A stretch of 64,000 bases of DNA from an uncultured Fibrobacterota bacterium (GTDB lineage: Bacteria; Fibrobacterota; Chitinivibrionia; Chitinivibrionales; FEN-1185), in NCBI GenBank assembly GCA_963753345.1, contig CAVWBU010000027.1, positions 256,001 to 320,000 on the forward strand, written 5' to 3'. The position numbers and the translations under genes were made by a program. The notes below the pieces were generated by a model. The model did not search any database. It worked only from the letters and a program-made list of their open reading frames with translations, and was not told the origin of the DNA. Positions 28,730-38,902 of this stretch are shown in pieces; positions within the stretch are counted from its first letter, which is position 1, and every line of letters begins with the position of its first letter.

Positions 28730-29329
28730 AATTCTCCTTGGAGGCGGCTGCCTTTGGCGCTGGAAGCGGATATATTCATTATACTATAAATTGATTCTCA
28801 AGAACGGAACCTTATGTTCCTTTCTTGAATGTGTAGATAGTAAGAATCTGGGCGTTCCCCCGCTTCGCATGAAGACACAAGACTTGGGCGCCCCGCCGAG
28901 TACGGCGGCGGCCCTCGCTCCGGTCCACCCCTTCGGGTGCTTCCAAGGGTCGTCGGCCTTCGGCCTCCGGCCGCCACGGCCCAATGCCGCGGCAGCGGCG
29001 GGTCCGGGCGTCACCGCGTTCCAACGCGGCCTCCGTTCCGGCCTGGCGCTGGGCATAGGACACTACCCAACGTCAATAGTCGCCTGCGCATATTTGGTTT
29101 GTCTTGGCCTTCCTGCCGCCATCAGTGGCGCAGCCGCGCACGGAGCTGTTGAGAACGAGTTGTTTTTGGTTTTTCTTATCGCCATCAGCGCCGCTCCATG
29201 GGACCGGCGGATTGGTCCGCTCGCGTCGTTCAAGGCCGGCATCTTTTGAGGATTGGAAAAATGTCCTGCCGGACGCGTTCGCGAGCGGCCTGCCGGCCAC
29301 ATGGGTATCGGCGGCGCTGCAGGCGCGGC
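28358..29329. repeat. 972-bp direct duplication, copy B
   Basis: Matches 16864-17835. A further 43-bp match links 29392-29434 and 18083-18125. Confidence 0.95.
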
Positions 29330-29536
29330 GTCTTTTGCCTACTTTTCTTCGCTGCAGAAGAAAAGTAGGTCTGGGTTCGGGAGTGAAGCTCCCGACCCCG
29401 TTCTACCGCAGCGCGAGGGTGCCGGGCGCCTCGGTCATGTTAGAATTTGAAGAGCGACAGTCTCGCGATAATATTCTTGGAGAAAACCCCGTATTACTTG
29501 AGAGGAGGGGATCACTCTGAAAAAGGGAGTTAAACA

Positions 29537-29788
29537 ATGTCGAAAACGCCATGCAATGTTCTCAGACCCGAGGGTAAAGCCGTCAAAAAAACGTCTTCAG
29601 AGACCTCAGCGAGGGTTGCCATGGAGATGAAAGCCGAACTGCTTGGCGCCTTGCTGGATCTCCGGCAGAAGGTCCGCTTACGGGCATATGAAATTTCTCT
29701 TACATGCGACTCTGCTTCCTGTGCGGCCAATGACAACTGGATCAAAGCTGAGCAAGAAGTGAAAAGGACGCCTGCCGCGACAAGATAA
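29537..29788 (+). CDS. DUF2934-like small protein
   Basis: VRLRAYEIS...DNWIKAEQEV pattern with a GGGAG RBS. Confidence 0.65.
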   Translation: MSKTPCNVLRPEGKAVKKTSSETSARVAMEMKAELLGALLDLRQKVRLRAYEISLTCDSASCAANDNWIKAEQEVKRTPAATR

Positions 29789-29913
29789 TCTCGATACAGC
29801 CGTCGCTCCCCTCGATGCATCCCTCCGGGACACTCGGGGAGCGATGTTCGATGAACGGATTACTGTCCTGCCGGTCATTGAGTAGACGCGTAGCGTCGTA
29901 TCGAAATGCCGGC
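29789..29913. repeat. Diverged solo copy of the 111-bp repeat family
   Basis: tctcgatacag...ccggtcattgagtagacgcgtagcgtcgtatcgaaatgccggc. Confidence 0.8.
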
Positions 29914-29918
29914 CCCCG

Positions 29919-30347
29919 TTAGTCATTGCTTCCTTTGTTCTGCATCCCCTCGGAGTGTGCGGCTGCGCCACAGCATAATGCTGCCACATTCTTCTGTTGC
30001 TCCGCAATCACCTTCGCCAATGCCTTGAGCGGCACCGGTTTCTCGAACACGGTAATGTCCAGGTCGTCCGGTTTTTCCCTCACGAATTCCGGAACGTATC
30101 CGGAGACCAGTATTTTCTTTACGCTGCTTGGGACCGAGCTTAAAAGCTCTATCCCGTGGAGGCCAGGCATCTTGTAGTCCGTGATGATGATATCCACGGG
30201 ATTGTTCATTACGAATTCCTAGGCCGCAAGCGGGTCGGTAAAGGTGTGGACATTCACGTCCGGCGACGTTAGAGAGAGAAACATGGCGAGCAGGCCGGTT
30301 ATCTGTTCCTGATCGTCAACCACGACGACTTTGAGGCCGGATTTCAT
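29919..30347 (-). pseudogene. Receiver-domain paralog (copy C) with an in-frame TAG at 30219-30221
   Basis: MKSGLKVVVVDDQEQITG...DPLAA*EFVMNNPVDIIITDYKMP..KPVPLK. Confidence 0.75.
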
Positions 30348-30486
30348 CACTGCTCCGTTCATGCGATAAGGTGAGACAGGAAGTGACGCAAACGTAGCAA
30401 TGAAGATAATAGAATCGGACTTTTAAGAACGGAACCCATGTTCCCTTCTTGAATGTTTTATGCGGGTATTAAACGGTTAATCACAT

Positions 30487-31344
30487 CTAATTCCTTGAAG
30501 CTCGGTTTCCCCTCTCTTTTCCCTCTTCAGGGATGCCCGAAGGGGCATAAGAGAGGGGATTAAGGGGTGAGTTGTGGTAGCTGGAAATAAAGTCATCAAT
30601 CAGCGGCTTGTTCTTTTTGTAATACCTGCAGAACCTTGCCTCGCTTGTGTAAAAGTCTGCGGTCTGCGGTTCCTTGCCTTTTTTTACGGGGCCGCCCGCT
30701 GTTCCGTTCTTGCAGAGCTTTCCCACCATGTCGAATGCCATTGCATAGAGATGGAAGATGCACAGCGAGTATTTCGGGTCTATGCCCAGGTACTTGGTCC
30801 ATCCGTTTCTCAGGGTCTTGTCGGTCATGTTGAGGCTTCGGGCCAGTTCATTGACGTACAGGGGCCTCTTTTCCAGCAGAGCCTCCATGCACCTGCACAA
30901 AAACGGCGACGGCTGTTGATGGGACCCGGGGAACACGATGCTCATGAGCGCGAGATCGTTTGCCGTGCGCAGCATTTTATCGTGAAAGTCGGGCGTTCCC
31001 TTGGAGATCACCCTTTTCGCGCCATGCGTGCCGCACTCGAAGCCCTTTTCGGTGTTCTCCCTTCCGGTGATCACGACAAACGGCATCTTGTTCCTGTACG
31101 TGTCGAGGAGATGGAATTCGTTGCCCTGCACGTCGCACATCCCGCGGTCCATGATGCACACGTGAACTCGCGCCCCGCCCTCTTCGAGAATGCTGAGGGC
31201 CTCGGAAGTGCTGTCCGCGGTGCTCACGCGGTAAATCGGGAAGAAAACAAAGTTGTCGCGCGATGTCCTGAGGACCGCCGGCTCATCGTCCACAATAAGG
31301 ACGCGCACCGTGTTTCTGAGAAGGGAGAAAAGGTCGTTGGTCAT
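30487..31344 (-). CDS. Response regulator (receiver + HTH-like output)
   Basis: VLIVDDE, CIMDRGM, VITG, then an HTH-like VNELARSLNMTDKTLRN. The long N-terminal extension in the ORF track is repeat-derived. Confidence 0.75.
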   Translation of the reverse strand: MTNDLFSLLRNTVRVLIVDDEPAVLRTSRDNFVFFPIYRVSTADSTSEALSILEEGGARVHVCIMDRGMCDVQGNEFHLLDTYRNKMPFVVITGRENTEKGFECGTHGAKRVISKGTPDFHDKMLRTANDLALMSIVFPGSHQQPSPFLCRCMEALLEKRPLYVNELARSLNMTDKTLRNGWTKYLGIDPKYSLCIFHLYAMAFDMVGKLCKNGTAGGPVKKGKEPQTADFYTSEARFCRYYKKNKPLIDDFISSYHNSPLNPLSYAPSGIPEEGKERGNRASRN

Positions 31345-31781
31345 GGGGCGCCATGCCATTTCTGCGGGTTGGAACTTGTGTACGGGAATATAGTAATACT
31401 GGGGAGGATTGGCAAGGAGGTTGTAAGGAGGGAAAGCAAATTGAAGTATGAGCCGTACAGGAAAACCGGGCAGGTGATGGGGAAAGGGCAGCGCCAGGGG
31501 GCAATACTTTAACGCTCTTCCGGCCTCCCCCTCCTGCAACCCGCCTCCGGTGGTGGTACTTGACTTTGTGGAAGCCGTATCAAGGTTTGTGGCAGAAATC
31601 TTCTGCCCAGCGCCAGGCAGGACTGGAGGTCCCGCAATAGCGGGATGCCGCCCGGACCCGCCGCTACCGCGGCACTGGGCCGTGGCGGCCCGAGGCCGGA
31701 GGCCGAGACCGGAAGGACGGCCGCCGCTGCGGAGCAGCGGGGCGCCCAAATCTTTTCTTTCTTTACCTAGTGATATTTTTG

Positions 31782-32153
31782 CTACGCCAGAAACGCATTC
31801 CGTATATGATCGATCTTCCCTTTGTAAATGGTGATCACATCGAACCTGGATCTCCGGTTGCCGCCGTGTTCGGCGAGATACTGGCGCGCGAGCCGCGCGA
31901 TTTTCATCTGTTTTGGCCGCGTCACCCAGAACGCGGGATTCCCCCGCGCGTCGGAGCGCGCGCATTTTACTTCAATGAACACGAGCGTGTTGTTCGGGTC
32001 TGTGGCGATGCAATCGATTTCGCCGCGTTTTGTCCGGTAGTTACGCGAAACAATGGAATACCCGTGGGAAATCAGATAGTCGGCGGCCTCGTCCTCGCCT
32101 TCCCTGCCTTTCCGGCAGGTGTCCATCGAGGACATTCCGTCTCCGCCGTTCAT
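31782..32153 (-). CDS. yraN: YraN (UPF0102) family endonuclease-like protein
   Basis: GREGEDEAADYL..RNYR..GEIDCIA..LVFIEVK..RFDVI. Confidence 0.92.
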   Translation of the reverse strand: MNGGDGMSSMDTCRKGREGEDEAADYLISHGYSIVSRNYRTKRGEIDCIATDPNNTLVFIEVKCARSDARGNPAFWVTRPKQMKIARLARQYLAEHGGNRRSRFDVITIYKGKIDHIRNAFLA

Positions 32154-33256
32154 CAGTGGCCCATCATGTGGTTAAGGAGTATTGCGGCAAGGATGGCAAT
32201 GAGGACCAGGGAAAGCCACTGGGTTTCGACAAGGTCCAGCCAGTAGCCTTTGTCAAAAAGAAAGAAGACACCCGGCTGACGGCGCAGATGCCGCCGGTCT
32301 CCGGAACGCCGGTCGGTGATACGCTTGTCGGATACCCTGTCGCCCGACAGATGTCCGTCGTCATGATTCTTCTGTACCGCGAATGAAACAGTGGTCCGGT
32401 CCACGGTTTCATTGATGTCGACCGAATCCAGGTGTTCGAGCATTTCGTCGATCGATTCGTACCGCTCGTTCTTGTCCTTTTTAAGCGCCCTCAGCACGAT
32501 AAGTTCGAGGCGCTTCGGCGTATCGCGCCGTTTCACGGAGGGCGGAACCGGGATTTCGTGCACGTGCTTGTAAGCGGTCGCCACCGGGTTGTTGGCGAGG
32601 AACGGCGGCCTCTTGGTGAGCATTTCGTAAATGACGACGCCCAGCGAGTAGATGTCGGTTTTGCAGTCCACCTCCACGCCTTCGGCCTGCTCGGGTGACA
32701 TGTACTCGGGCGTGCCCACCGTGACGCCGGTCATGGTGATGCCGCTGGACGAGAACATCTTTGCGATGCCGAAATCCGACAGGCGCGCGATGTTCTCTTT
32801 GTCAACAAGGATGTTCTGCGGCTTGATGTCGCGGTGAATAACATCCTGGGCGTGGGCGTAGCGCAGGCCCCGGCAAATCTGCTTCGCCACGTCGATGATC
32901 TCCGACGCCGGCAGCGGCTTTTTTGACTGGATTCGCGCGGAAAGGTTCTCGCCGTCTATAAACTGCATTGCGAAATAGCGGTAGCCCTTGTCCTCGCCGG
33001 CTTCATACAGGCTCACGATGTTCTGGTGTTGCAGGCGCGAAATTGCTTTCGCCTCGATGTCGAACCGTTTGGCAAGCTCGTCGTTGAGCGATAATTGCGG
33101 GGGCAGAACCTTGAGGGCAACAACGCGGTTGATGGGCTCCTGCATCGCCTTGTAAACGACTCCCATGCCGCCCATTCCCACAATCTGGAGGACCTTGAAA
33201 TTGCCGATACGCTCGGGGAAAAGCGAAGGATCGGTGTTTCTTGCAGCGGTGGACAT
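32153..33256 (-). CDS. Hanks-type Ser/Thr protein kinase with C-terminal TM helix
   Basis: GMGGMGVVY, VALK, HRDIKPQN, DFGIAK, GTPEYMSPEQ. Confidence 0.95.
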   Translation of the reverse strand: MSTAARNTDPSLFPERIGNFKVLQIVGMGGMGVVYKAMQEPINRVVALKVLPPQLSLNDELAKRFDIEAKAISRLQHQNIVSLYEAGEDKGYRYFAMQFIDGENLSARIQSKKPLPASEIIDVAKQICRGLRYAHAQDVIHRDIKPQNILVDKENIARLSDFGIAKMFSSSGITMTGVTVGTPEYMSPEQAEGVEVDCKTDIYSLGVVIYEMLTKRPPFLANNPVATAYKHVHEIPVPPSVKRRDTPKRLELIVLRALKKDKNERYESIDEMLEHLDSVDINETVDRTTVSFAVQKNHDDGHLSGDRVSDKRITDRRSGDRRHLRRQPGVFFLFDKGYWLDLVETQWLSLVLIAILAAILLNHMMGH

Positions 33257-33285
33257 GAATCGAACCTCATTGGTGTACCGGCAGG

Positions 33286-35494
33286 CTACCCTACCCTGTT
33301 TCCCTGCACAAGCTTTCTAAAACGGATGCCTACAAAGAGTAAAATAGTTAATCCGCCGCACAGAAGTAACAGCCCCGGCCAATCGTTCCGGGTCCACAAT
33401 GTCTGGTCGAAGAAACTCATTTTCTTGAACATCGAAAACACGGGACGCGCAACCGTCAGGTGTGAAAGTACCGTGCCGGCCGCGGGCATTTCATCGAAAG
33501 GCATCAGGATGCCGGAAAAGAAAATCTGCGGTATGAATATGATGGGCAGGAAACTTATGGCCATGTTCACGTTGCGGGAAAACGCGCTGATGCACAGGCC
33601 CAGCAGAGAACCTGCGGAGCAGGCGACGCACAGCAGAACGCCGCTGCTTGTCCCGAGGGAAAAATTCGCAAAAATGCCGTGCAGGCACGCTCCGAAAAAC
33701 AGCGCCTGGACCACGCCCAGGAGGCAGAACACCAGTATCTTTGACAGACCGTACGCAATCTTGGAAAGGCCGACGCGGAATTCCCTTTCGACAAGGTCCC
33801 ACTCGCGTGCGATTTCGCGCACCGAATTCATGCCGCCCATCCAGATCACCGATATCGATATGCAGAAGTAAAACGACAGCGGCAGAAAATTGCTGTCCGG
33901 CTTGAACACGATCGCCAGCAGTATGGCGATAAGCGGCGCCTGCAGGAGCACGAGACCGAGCGTCCGCACGTCGCGGACGAGCATGGTGGTGTAGCGGCCC
34001 GTAAGAAGCCGCATCTGCCGGAAAAACGAGACGTTTTTCGGTTTGTACAGCCGAACCGCCTCATCGTAGCCGTTGTTCCCAGATCGTTCTCGCGTTGCGG
34101 AAACGGAACGTCCGATCGCGCCTGCCGCGTTTTCCACCGACAGCGCCCGCGCCTTTTCGTAGACGTCGGCCAGCGCAATGGTGCCGAAGTTCCGGCGCAA
34201 ATCTTCGGGAGAGCCGGCGAACACCAGTTTCCCGCGCGACACAAAAAGGAGCCTGTTGCACAGCTCGATTTGTTCGAGCGTATGCGTGGTGAGGAGAATG
34301 GTGTGGCCCTTGTCGCAGATCGCCCGGAACAGTTCCATAAATTTGTGGGTGAGGCCCGGGTCAAGGCCGGCCAGCGGTTCGTCGAGAAAAATGACCGTCG
34401 GCGAAGAAAGCAGTTCGATGCCGAAATGAACGCGTTTCGCCTCCCCTCCCGACAGATCGGAAATTCTGCGGTTCCCCAGCGCCGAGACATCGAGCAGTTC
34501 CATCACTTCACGGATGCGCTCACGGTGCTCGGCCGGCAGGCTGTCCCGCGGGAGCCTGAGCACGCTCTGCTCCGTGAATGTTTCGAGCACGGTGAGCTCG
34601 TGCCTGAGCAGGTTATGCTGGGACACGAATCCGATCGTCGAATTGAACGCGGAGCAGAATTTACGCATCGGAAGCCCGTTGTAGTAGACAACGCCTCCCG
34701 AAAGGGGGATCTGGCCGGTGAGCGCGTTCGCAAGCGTGGACTTTCCCGCCCCGGACGGCCCCAAAATGGCAACAAACTCGCCGGGTTCTATGGACAGCGA
34801 AACGTTGTCGACAAGCGCGGTCTTTCCCCGCGTGACGCCCACGTTGAACGCCTCAATGCGGATCCGGTTGAAATCCTGGGTCTGCTTGAGCGATCCGTTG
34901 TCAAGGAAGAAACGGTACGGCCCGATCTGGACAACGTCGCCGTCGTCAAGCTTCGCTGGCGCGCACGGCTTTGCCGTTGACAAAGGTTCCATTGGTGCTT
35001 CCGTGATCCTCCACCGAGCACGCCTTCCCCGCACCGGACCTGAATGTCGCGTGGAACCGTGACACCAGAGGATGAGGAAGGCAAATCGTGCTTGACGGAT
35101 CGCGGCCGATGACCACTTCCGAGGATGCCCGGTCGTACAATGTCTTTTCGGGCGCCGATTCCGCTTCGCGGAACGGGGAAAGCGTCACGTTCTGTTTGTC
35201 AATGCGCACCCTGAACTTCGCAACGCCGGCGGTTATCACCGCTCCGTCGCACAGCGCGGCAGTATCGACGGGATTCCCGTCAACACGGGTGCCGAACGTG
35301 CTGCGGCAGTCTTCGATGAGAACCGATTCTTCGCTGATCCGGATGAGCGCGTGGATGCGCGAGACGCCGATGCCCCTCAGGGGTACGTCGCTGGCCGGAT
35401 CGCGACCCATGGTGACCGTTCGGACGGTTCTCGGGAATACGTATTCGGGCGGGGATTGCATCGGGTTACCGGGCGGCGATCTCTTGCCGGACAA
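33286..35494 (-). CDS. 2xFHA + ABC ATPase + ABC2 permease (Rv1747-like), frameshifted near 35000-35050
   Basis: FHA motifs GRDP..VSRIHA..STFGT and GRDP..VSRFHA..STNGT; GPSGAGKST, LSGGE, FLDEP; C-terminal TM region. Confidence 0.85.
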
Positions 35495-36056
35495 TACGTA
35501 TCACATCGGACTTCGCTTTTTCGAGATTGTTGTTGACCACGGTATACTCGTACTTCCCTTCCCTCTTTGCGAAATCCATTTCCTTCACTGCGTTTGCTAT
35601 TCTGAGGTCGATTGCCTCCCTGGAATCGGTGCCGCGCTTTTCAAGCCGCTGCCGCAATATCTCGATGGACGGCGGGAGGATGAGAATGCCGACGGCCTGC
35701 GGATACACAACGTCGAATTTCTTCTTGCCGATCACGTCGATGTCCATGATGATATGCTTTCCCGATGCGATTGTATCGTCGATGAAACAGCGGGGCGTTC
35801 CATAGAAGTGGCCGTGGACCACAGCCCATTCCGCAAATTCGCCGGCCTCCATTCTCTTTTTGAATTCTCTTTCGGAAAGAAAAAAGTAGTGCACGCCGTC
35901 CGTTTCTCCGGTGCGCGGCAACCGGGTGGTTGCCGAAATCGAATAGACGAGGCCGGGCACGGTTTGTCGCAGATGGTCGAGCAGCGTCGTTTTGCCCGCG
36001 CCCGAGGCCGCGGAAAAGACAAAAATCTTTCCGGGTTTGTTTTGCAAGGACGTCAT
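35466..36056 (-). CDS. gmk: Guanylate kinase
   Basis: SAASGAGKTT, SISATTRLPRTGETDGVHYFF, EWAVVHGHFYGT. Confidence 0.96.
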   Translation of the reverse strand: MTSLQNKPGKIFVFSAASGAGKTTLLDHLRQTVPGLVYSISATTRLPRTGETDGVHYFFLSEREFKKRMEAGEFAEWAVVHGHFYGTPRCFIDDTIASGKHIIMDIDVIGKKKFDVVYPQAVGILILPPSIEILRQRLEKRGTDSREAIDLRIANAVKEMDFAKREGKYEYTVVNNNLEKAKSDVIRIVRQEIAAR

Positions 36057-36088
36057 CCTGGTGTGCGGTTCTTGAGCATAAACGGACG

Positions 36089-36601
36089 TCAGGGGTCCTT
36101 GATAAATGCGGCAGTGGGCAGCGGCACACCGCTCAGGTCTACACCAAGGGACAGGTATTTCACAAAATTGCTCAACGGTATCTCCCAGGCGCCGGCGTTA
36201 TCGATGTTGAGCCGAATGCCTGCGATAGGAATGCTGCATTCGATGGAATCAAGCGTGTTGGTTGCAGTGTTTATCTGTCGGCACTTCATTCTTTCCATCC
36301 AGACCGTGTCCTGCTTGGCAACCGTGTCCGAAGCGATTGACCACGTGCCGGATTCCTTTTCCATGGTATCGGCGCCGTTGATATTCACATTGATGGAGTA
36401 GTCGTGAAGGCTGTCGTAAGACATCACGATATGGAAGGTGGAGTCCGGAGTCCAGACAAGCTCGTATCTCCAGGTGCCGATCACCTGTTTCTCCAATTGA
36501 GACAGCGGCGGTGCGCTGCGCGGACCGGATGGTTTGTCGATGTTGCATGAAACCAAAACCATGGATGCGACAAAAAATAAAAATGCGCAAAGTCGTTTCA
36601 T
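36089..36601 (-). CDS. Lipoprotein (lipocalin-like, IGTW motif)
   Basis: MKRLCAFLFFVASMVLVSC lipobox; VIGTWRY and ESGTWSI. Confidence 0.65.
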   Translation of the reverse strand: MKRLCAFLFFVASMVLVSCNIDKPSGPRSAPPLSQLEKQVIGTWRYELVWTPDSTFHIVMSYDSLHDYSINVNINGADTMEKESGTWSIASDTVAKQDTVWMERMKCRQINTATNTLDSIECSIPIAGIRLNIDNAGAWEIPLSNFVKYLSLGVDLSGVPLPTAAFIKDP

Positions 36602-36738
36602 CGTAATAATCCTGGAGATTTTTTGCATAATGCCGTCTCTTAAATAATATAACTCCTGAGTTTGCATTCGGCCATTTTTTCGCGGGGATGTATTTTGAAA
36701 TGACCAGGCAACCAAGCACCTTCCACATCAGACAAATC

Positions 36739-38310
36739 ATGCATGATGAAGCTTCGCACAACAATCGATTGAAAGCCGTTGTCGCAGTACCGCCTGTCAA
36801 GGATTTCTACTTTACCAGGCACCGGTTCTCTTCCCTTGGCGCGAGAACTGTTTTCAAGATCCTCAAGGCCAGCGGCGTTGATGCCGCCTTTCTTGATTTC
36901 CCCTCAATGAAGAAGAATGGCCAACAGATTGATATTCCTGATGAAATTGCGTACCTCAACCGGTGTATCATTCCGGGCGAAACCGGAAAACTGTCGTATT
37001 TTACGAAATATCAGCTATTTGGGCCTTCAGTTGAGGAATGCGCAGAAATAATTTGCAGTCATCACCCGGCGCTTTGTTTTCTGAGCTGCTTCGCCTTTTC
37101 GTACGGCAAGGAACTTATTGATCTTGCCGGAAATATCAAGAAAGTCAATCCTGATATCGTGGTTGTTGCAGGAGGCGCCGGAGTCACGGCCTATCCGCAC
37201 TATTTTCTGAGAGACGCAAACATTGATTTTGTGCTTTGTGGTGAAGCCGAGGTCAACCTGCACATCTTTCTGGAAGCGGCGGTAGCCAAGACAGTGACTT
37301 TCGATCAGGTGCCGAACTTAATGTGGAAAAAGGACGGGATGGTGCGACAATCCCGTGCCAAAAGCTCCTCCAATTCCACGATGATCGAACCGCTGATCGC
37401 CAAAGTGTGGGAAACCAACAAATCAGTTTACTTTTCGACGTGTTTGAGCCGGGGATGTCCAAACGAATGCAAGTTTTGCTCCAATTGGATAGTGCATGGG
37501 AGGAGTTTTCGAACCGTTGCAATCGACAAATTTATCAATGAATTGTGTGGTATTTCAATCGATGAGAACGATGACAGAAGAATTTATGTCAATTTTGAGG
37601 ACGACAACCTGCTTTTAGCGCCGGACTACCTTATCGAAGTGATGGCACAGGTCAAAAAGCGGTTGCCGAAGGCGTCATTCCTTGCCGAAAACGGCCTCGA
37701 CTTCCGGCTGCTCACGCCTGCCTTGGCCGACGAGCTTGTTTTACTGGGAATGACCTCATTTAACTTCACTCTTTGTTCCGTAAACAAAAACCTTCTGGAA
37801 CAACAAGGCCGCAGAACTTCCCTTTCGCATTACGAATCAATCGTCAGGCACGTAGCCGCACAGCATGTTCCAATTCTCTCCTATTTTATTGCAGGACTTG
37901 AAGATGATTCAAAGCTTCATTCGGTGGATACGCTGGCATTCCTTTTTGGCCTGCCGACAACTGTTGGAATTTCAATGTTTTATGCTGTTGCAGGCATATA
38001 TGGGTTCGAAAATCCAGAGCGGTTTGATAAAATTGCCCCCTGTATTTGCAATGGTTCGTCAGCATTTCCATGGAATGGCTCACTGTCGACAGAAGAGCTG
38101 ATAACATCTTTCAGATTAAGCAGATACGTCAACCTGCTGAAGTCGGTCAATAAGTCACCAATAGAAACAAAATTGCTGAAAAAAGTCACGGCTGAGCAGA
38201 AGCTCTTCACACTTGTCAACAATGAGGAAGGTATTTCAATTGTCGAAGTGCCGGAATATCACCGCGGCATGGTGAGAATGTTTTTGCAGAAAGTCAAGCC
38301 GGAGGACTGA
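36739..38310 (+). CDS. B12-binding radical SAM protein
   Basis: VVAGGAGVT..GEAE cobalamin-binding domain; SRGCPNECKFC (CxxxCxxC); FEDDNL. Confidence 0.88.
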   Translation: MHDEASHNNRLKAVVAVPPVKDFYFTRHRFSSLGARTVFKILKASGVDAAFLDFPSMKKNGQQIDIPDEIAYLNRCIIPGETGKLSYFTKYQLFGPSVEECAEIICSHHPALCFLSCFAFSYGKELIDLAGNIKKVNPDIVVVAGGAGVTAYPHYFLRDANIDFVLCGEAEVNLHIFLEAAVAKTVTFDQVPNLMWKKDGMVRQSRAKSSSNSTMIEPLIAKVWETNKSVYFSTCLSRGCPNECKFCSNWIVHGRSFRTVAIDKFINELCGISIDENDDRRIYVNFEDDNLLLAPDYLIEVMAQVKKRLPKASFLAENGLDFRLLTPALADELVLLGMTSFNFTLCSVNKNLLEQQGRRTSLSHYESIVRHVAAQHVPILSYFIAGLEDDSKLHSVDTLAFLFGLPTTVGISMFYAVAGIYGFENPERFDKIAPCICNGSSAFPWNGSLSTEELITSFRLSRYVNLLKSVNKSPIETKLLKKVTAEQKLFTLVNNEEGISIVEVPEYHRGMVRMFLQKVKPED

Positions 38311-38348
38311 CCTAACAAAGCTGTTCAAAAGTATGATCTAGTTCCGAT

Positions 38349-38411
38349 GTCACCCTGAGCTTGTCGAAGGGTCATCGGGTAAGAGACGGTTCGACAGGCT
38401 CACCGTGACAC
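38349..38411. repeat. REP-like inverted pair between convergent genes
   Basis: tgtcaccctgagcttgtcgaa...ttcgacaggctcaccgtgaca. Its ctgagc..gtcgaa core matches the inserts at 20873 and 23885. Confidence 0.8.
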
Positions 38412-38462
38412 ATTCAGTGTGGTATTCCTTATGAACTACTTAGTAACAACACCGGCACAACA

Positions 38463-38804
38463 TCATCCTTTGAAAATGAAATATACGGCCCCCACAAGGC
38501 ACAGGCCTGCCCACAGAAAATTGAGCCTGATCGGCTGACGCATGTACAGAACGGCGAACGGCACAAACACCAGCAGCGTTATAACCTCCTGCAGAATCTT
38601 GAGCTGACCGAGGTTCAGCGCCGAATACCCTATCCTGTTCGCCGGGACCTGGATCATGTACTCGAAGAAAGCAATGGACCAGCTCACAATCGCGGCAATG
38701 TACCACTTTCTGTCAAGAAGGTTTTTCAGGTGAGCATACCATGCAAAGGTCATGAACACGTTGGAAAGAATCAGAAGACCGGCTGTTTTAAGAATTACGG
38801 GCAT
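38463..38804 (-). CDS. DMT superfamily small membrane protein (DUF486-like)
   Basis: LSNVFMTFAWYAHLK..SWSIAFFEY..QVPANRIG..QLKILQEVITL. Confidence 0.88.
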   Translation of the reverse strand: MPVILKTAGLLILSNVFMTFAWYAHLKNLLDRKWYIAAIVSWSIAFFEYMIQVPANRIGYSALNLGQLKILQEVITLLVFVPFAVLYMRQPIRLNFLWAGLCLVGAVYFIFKG

Positions 38805-38902
38805 AGGTGAGGAAGCCTCCTGTTACGAGCTGTTTGCAAATAAGAAATTGTTGCGGATGGAAAGAGAAGCGGGTCCAATGAGAAGCCTGAAATGCCGACA
38901 TG

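Noticed and set aside
30219-30221. Pyrrolysine or stop-codon recoding at the in-frame TAG
   Set aside because: TAG is used as a normal stop elsewhere in the window, so a point mutation or base error is more likely.
3564-31749. Prophage, ICE or integron as the island vehicle
   Set aside because: No integrase, relaxase, structural gene or tRNA target was seen.
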